Origin: an uncultured delta proteobacterium
GTDB taxonomy: Bacteria; Myxococcota; UBA727; VGSZ01
Reading direction: 5' to 3'
DNA: 64,000 nucleotides
NCBI GenBank assembly: GCA_963775425.1
Contig: CAVZJB010000008.1
Coordinates: 224,001-288,000, forward strand
Below are positions 60,737 to 64,000 of this stretch, piece by piece; positions within the stretch are counted from its first letter, which is position 1; each line of letters opens with the position of its first letter. A model generated the notes under the pieces. The model searched no databases and had not been told where the DNA came from. It saw nothing but the letters and a program-made list of their open reading frames with translations. Both the position numbers and the translations under genes were made by a program.

Positions 60737-61195
60737 TCAGCGTCGCCGGGGATGTCGGAGCGAAGCGGCGCTCAGCCACGAGCGGAGCGGGCGAGCGTCG
60801 TCGGCGCCGAGGGCGGCGAGCCGGCGCGGGAGCGCGCGCAGCGCGCGGGTGGGGGGCGGCGCGGGGCCCGTCGCGCGCTCGCAGTAGAAGGTGCGGCAGC
60901 CGAGCGGGCGCGCGGCGTACACGAGGCAGCGGCCCTCGGGCGACAAAAACGGGCAGCGCTCGTCGTCGTCGTCGGGGACGCGCGGCAGCCGGCGTCCCGT
61001 GCGCTTCACTTCGTCGACGACGAGCTCCCACTCCACGGGCGTGAGCCAGGGCTCGCGCCCGGTGACGGCGAAGCGGCAGCAGTCCGTCGACGCGTCGCAG
61101 GACCAACCGTCGAGGGCGTCGTCGGCCTCGCGCAGGATGGCGAGGGCCGCGCGCCTGCGCGCGCCGGCCGCGCCCATCGACGCGCGCGGCTTCAT
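60737..61195 (-). CDS. YkgJ-family cysteine cluster protein
   Basis: CDASTDCC...LTPVE...CPFL....CLVYAARPLGCRTFYC. Confidence 0.85.
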   Translation of the reverse strand: MKPRASMGAAGARRRAALAILREADDALDGWSCDASTDCCRFAVTGREPWLTPVEWELVVDEVKRTGRRLPRVPDDDDERCPFLSPEGRCLVYAARPLGCRTFYCERATGPAPPPTRALRALPRRLAALGADDARPLRSWLSAASLRHPRRR

Positions 61196-61211
61196 CGGCG
61201 CGTCCGGCGCG

Positions 61212-61725
61212 TCACGGAGGGCAGCTGCACTGGCACGTGCACTGCGACATCTGTCCGGGCGGCGTGCCCGCGGGGCACTGACAGGTGCAATTGCACGTCT
61301 TCATCCCCGGCGCGGGCGCGGCGGCGGGCACGGGCGCGGGCGCGGCGGCGACGGGCGCGGCGGCGACGGGCGCGGGCGCGGCGGCGACGGGAGCCGCGGC
61401 CGCGGGAGCGGCGCCGGCGCCGACCATGATCGGCGTGATGTAGGCGAGGAGCGAGTCGTAGTCGGCCGCGGGGACGTTGTGGCGTCCGCCCACCGAGGAC
61501 TTCTTCAAGGGGCCGGGCGGCGTTTTTCCCGCCAGCGCCGGGCCCGCGCCCTGGCCGCCGCCGGGGTGGCAGACGTTGCACTTCGCTTGAAAGTAGGCGG
61601 CGCCTTTCGCCGGATTCGGGAGGCCCACCGCGGCCACGGCCCGTCGCGCACGCGTCGGCGACGACGACAGCGACGCAGGCACACAAAAGGACCGAGAGGA
61701 CGGCAGCGACGGAGCGAGGGGACAC
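61212..61725 (-). CDS. monoheme cytochrome c with Ala/Pro linker and Cys-rich tail; +1 frameshift at ~61640
   Basis: GGAGG RBS before GTG 61725; signal MSPRSVAAVLSVLLCACVAVVVADAC in one frame and GAAYFQAKCNVCHPGG...GPAL in the next; one extra G in a GGG run joins them; ends CNCTCQC...CTCQCSCPP. Confidence 0.75.
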
Positions 61726-61811
61726 GGAGGGACCTCCAAGGTGTGGCGGGCGGACGACCCCGTCCGCCGAAACCGACGCTACCGCGTCGGGCGGGGTACA
61801 GTCCCGTCGTC

Positions 61812-64000
<2,189 letters not shown>

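Overview
Very GC-rich (roughly 73-75% by eye) bacterial chromosomal segment with about 49 credible CDSs. Gene content points to a myxobacterium-like (Myxococcota/deltaproteobacterial) organism by inference: zinc-ribbon/GYF/TPR proteins, eukaryote-like Ser/Thr kinases, MYXO-CTERM-like tails, GEGEGE-linker lipoproteins and a VWA/CglB-like lipoprotein. Housekeeping genes include hflX, purD, yajQ, bamD, a DEAD-box helicase, an acyl-CoA dehydrogenase, a crotonase, an MsrPQ/YedYZ-like pair and an MBOAT; the rest is mostly uncharacterised secreted and lipo-proteins. I found no rRNA, tRNA, CRISPR array or transposase. Points worth a second look: (i) a coupled three-gene cassette at 28451-31440 that looks like an envelope protein + anchor lipoprotein + fibre/beta-helix passenger display system, hidden by two single-base frameshifts; (ii) a Ser/Thr kinase fused to a PhnD-like phosph(on)ate-binding sensor; (iii) a cytochrome c with a metallothionein-like Cys tail, also hidden by a frameshift; (iv) GTAG-type REP/REPIN elements that supply stop codons, plus a second palindromic family and a longer composite intergenic repeat; (v) about ten genes with a TAnnnT box 5-7 nt before the start codon, suggesting widespread leaderless mRNAs; (vi) an NlpC/P60 + Ig + sorting-tail hydrolase coupled to a beta-propeller; (vii) two tandem paralogue pairs. 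Four apparent +1 indels may be assembly errors. All family calls come from motif recognition by eye, not from database searches.
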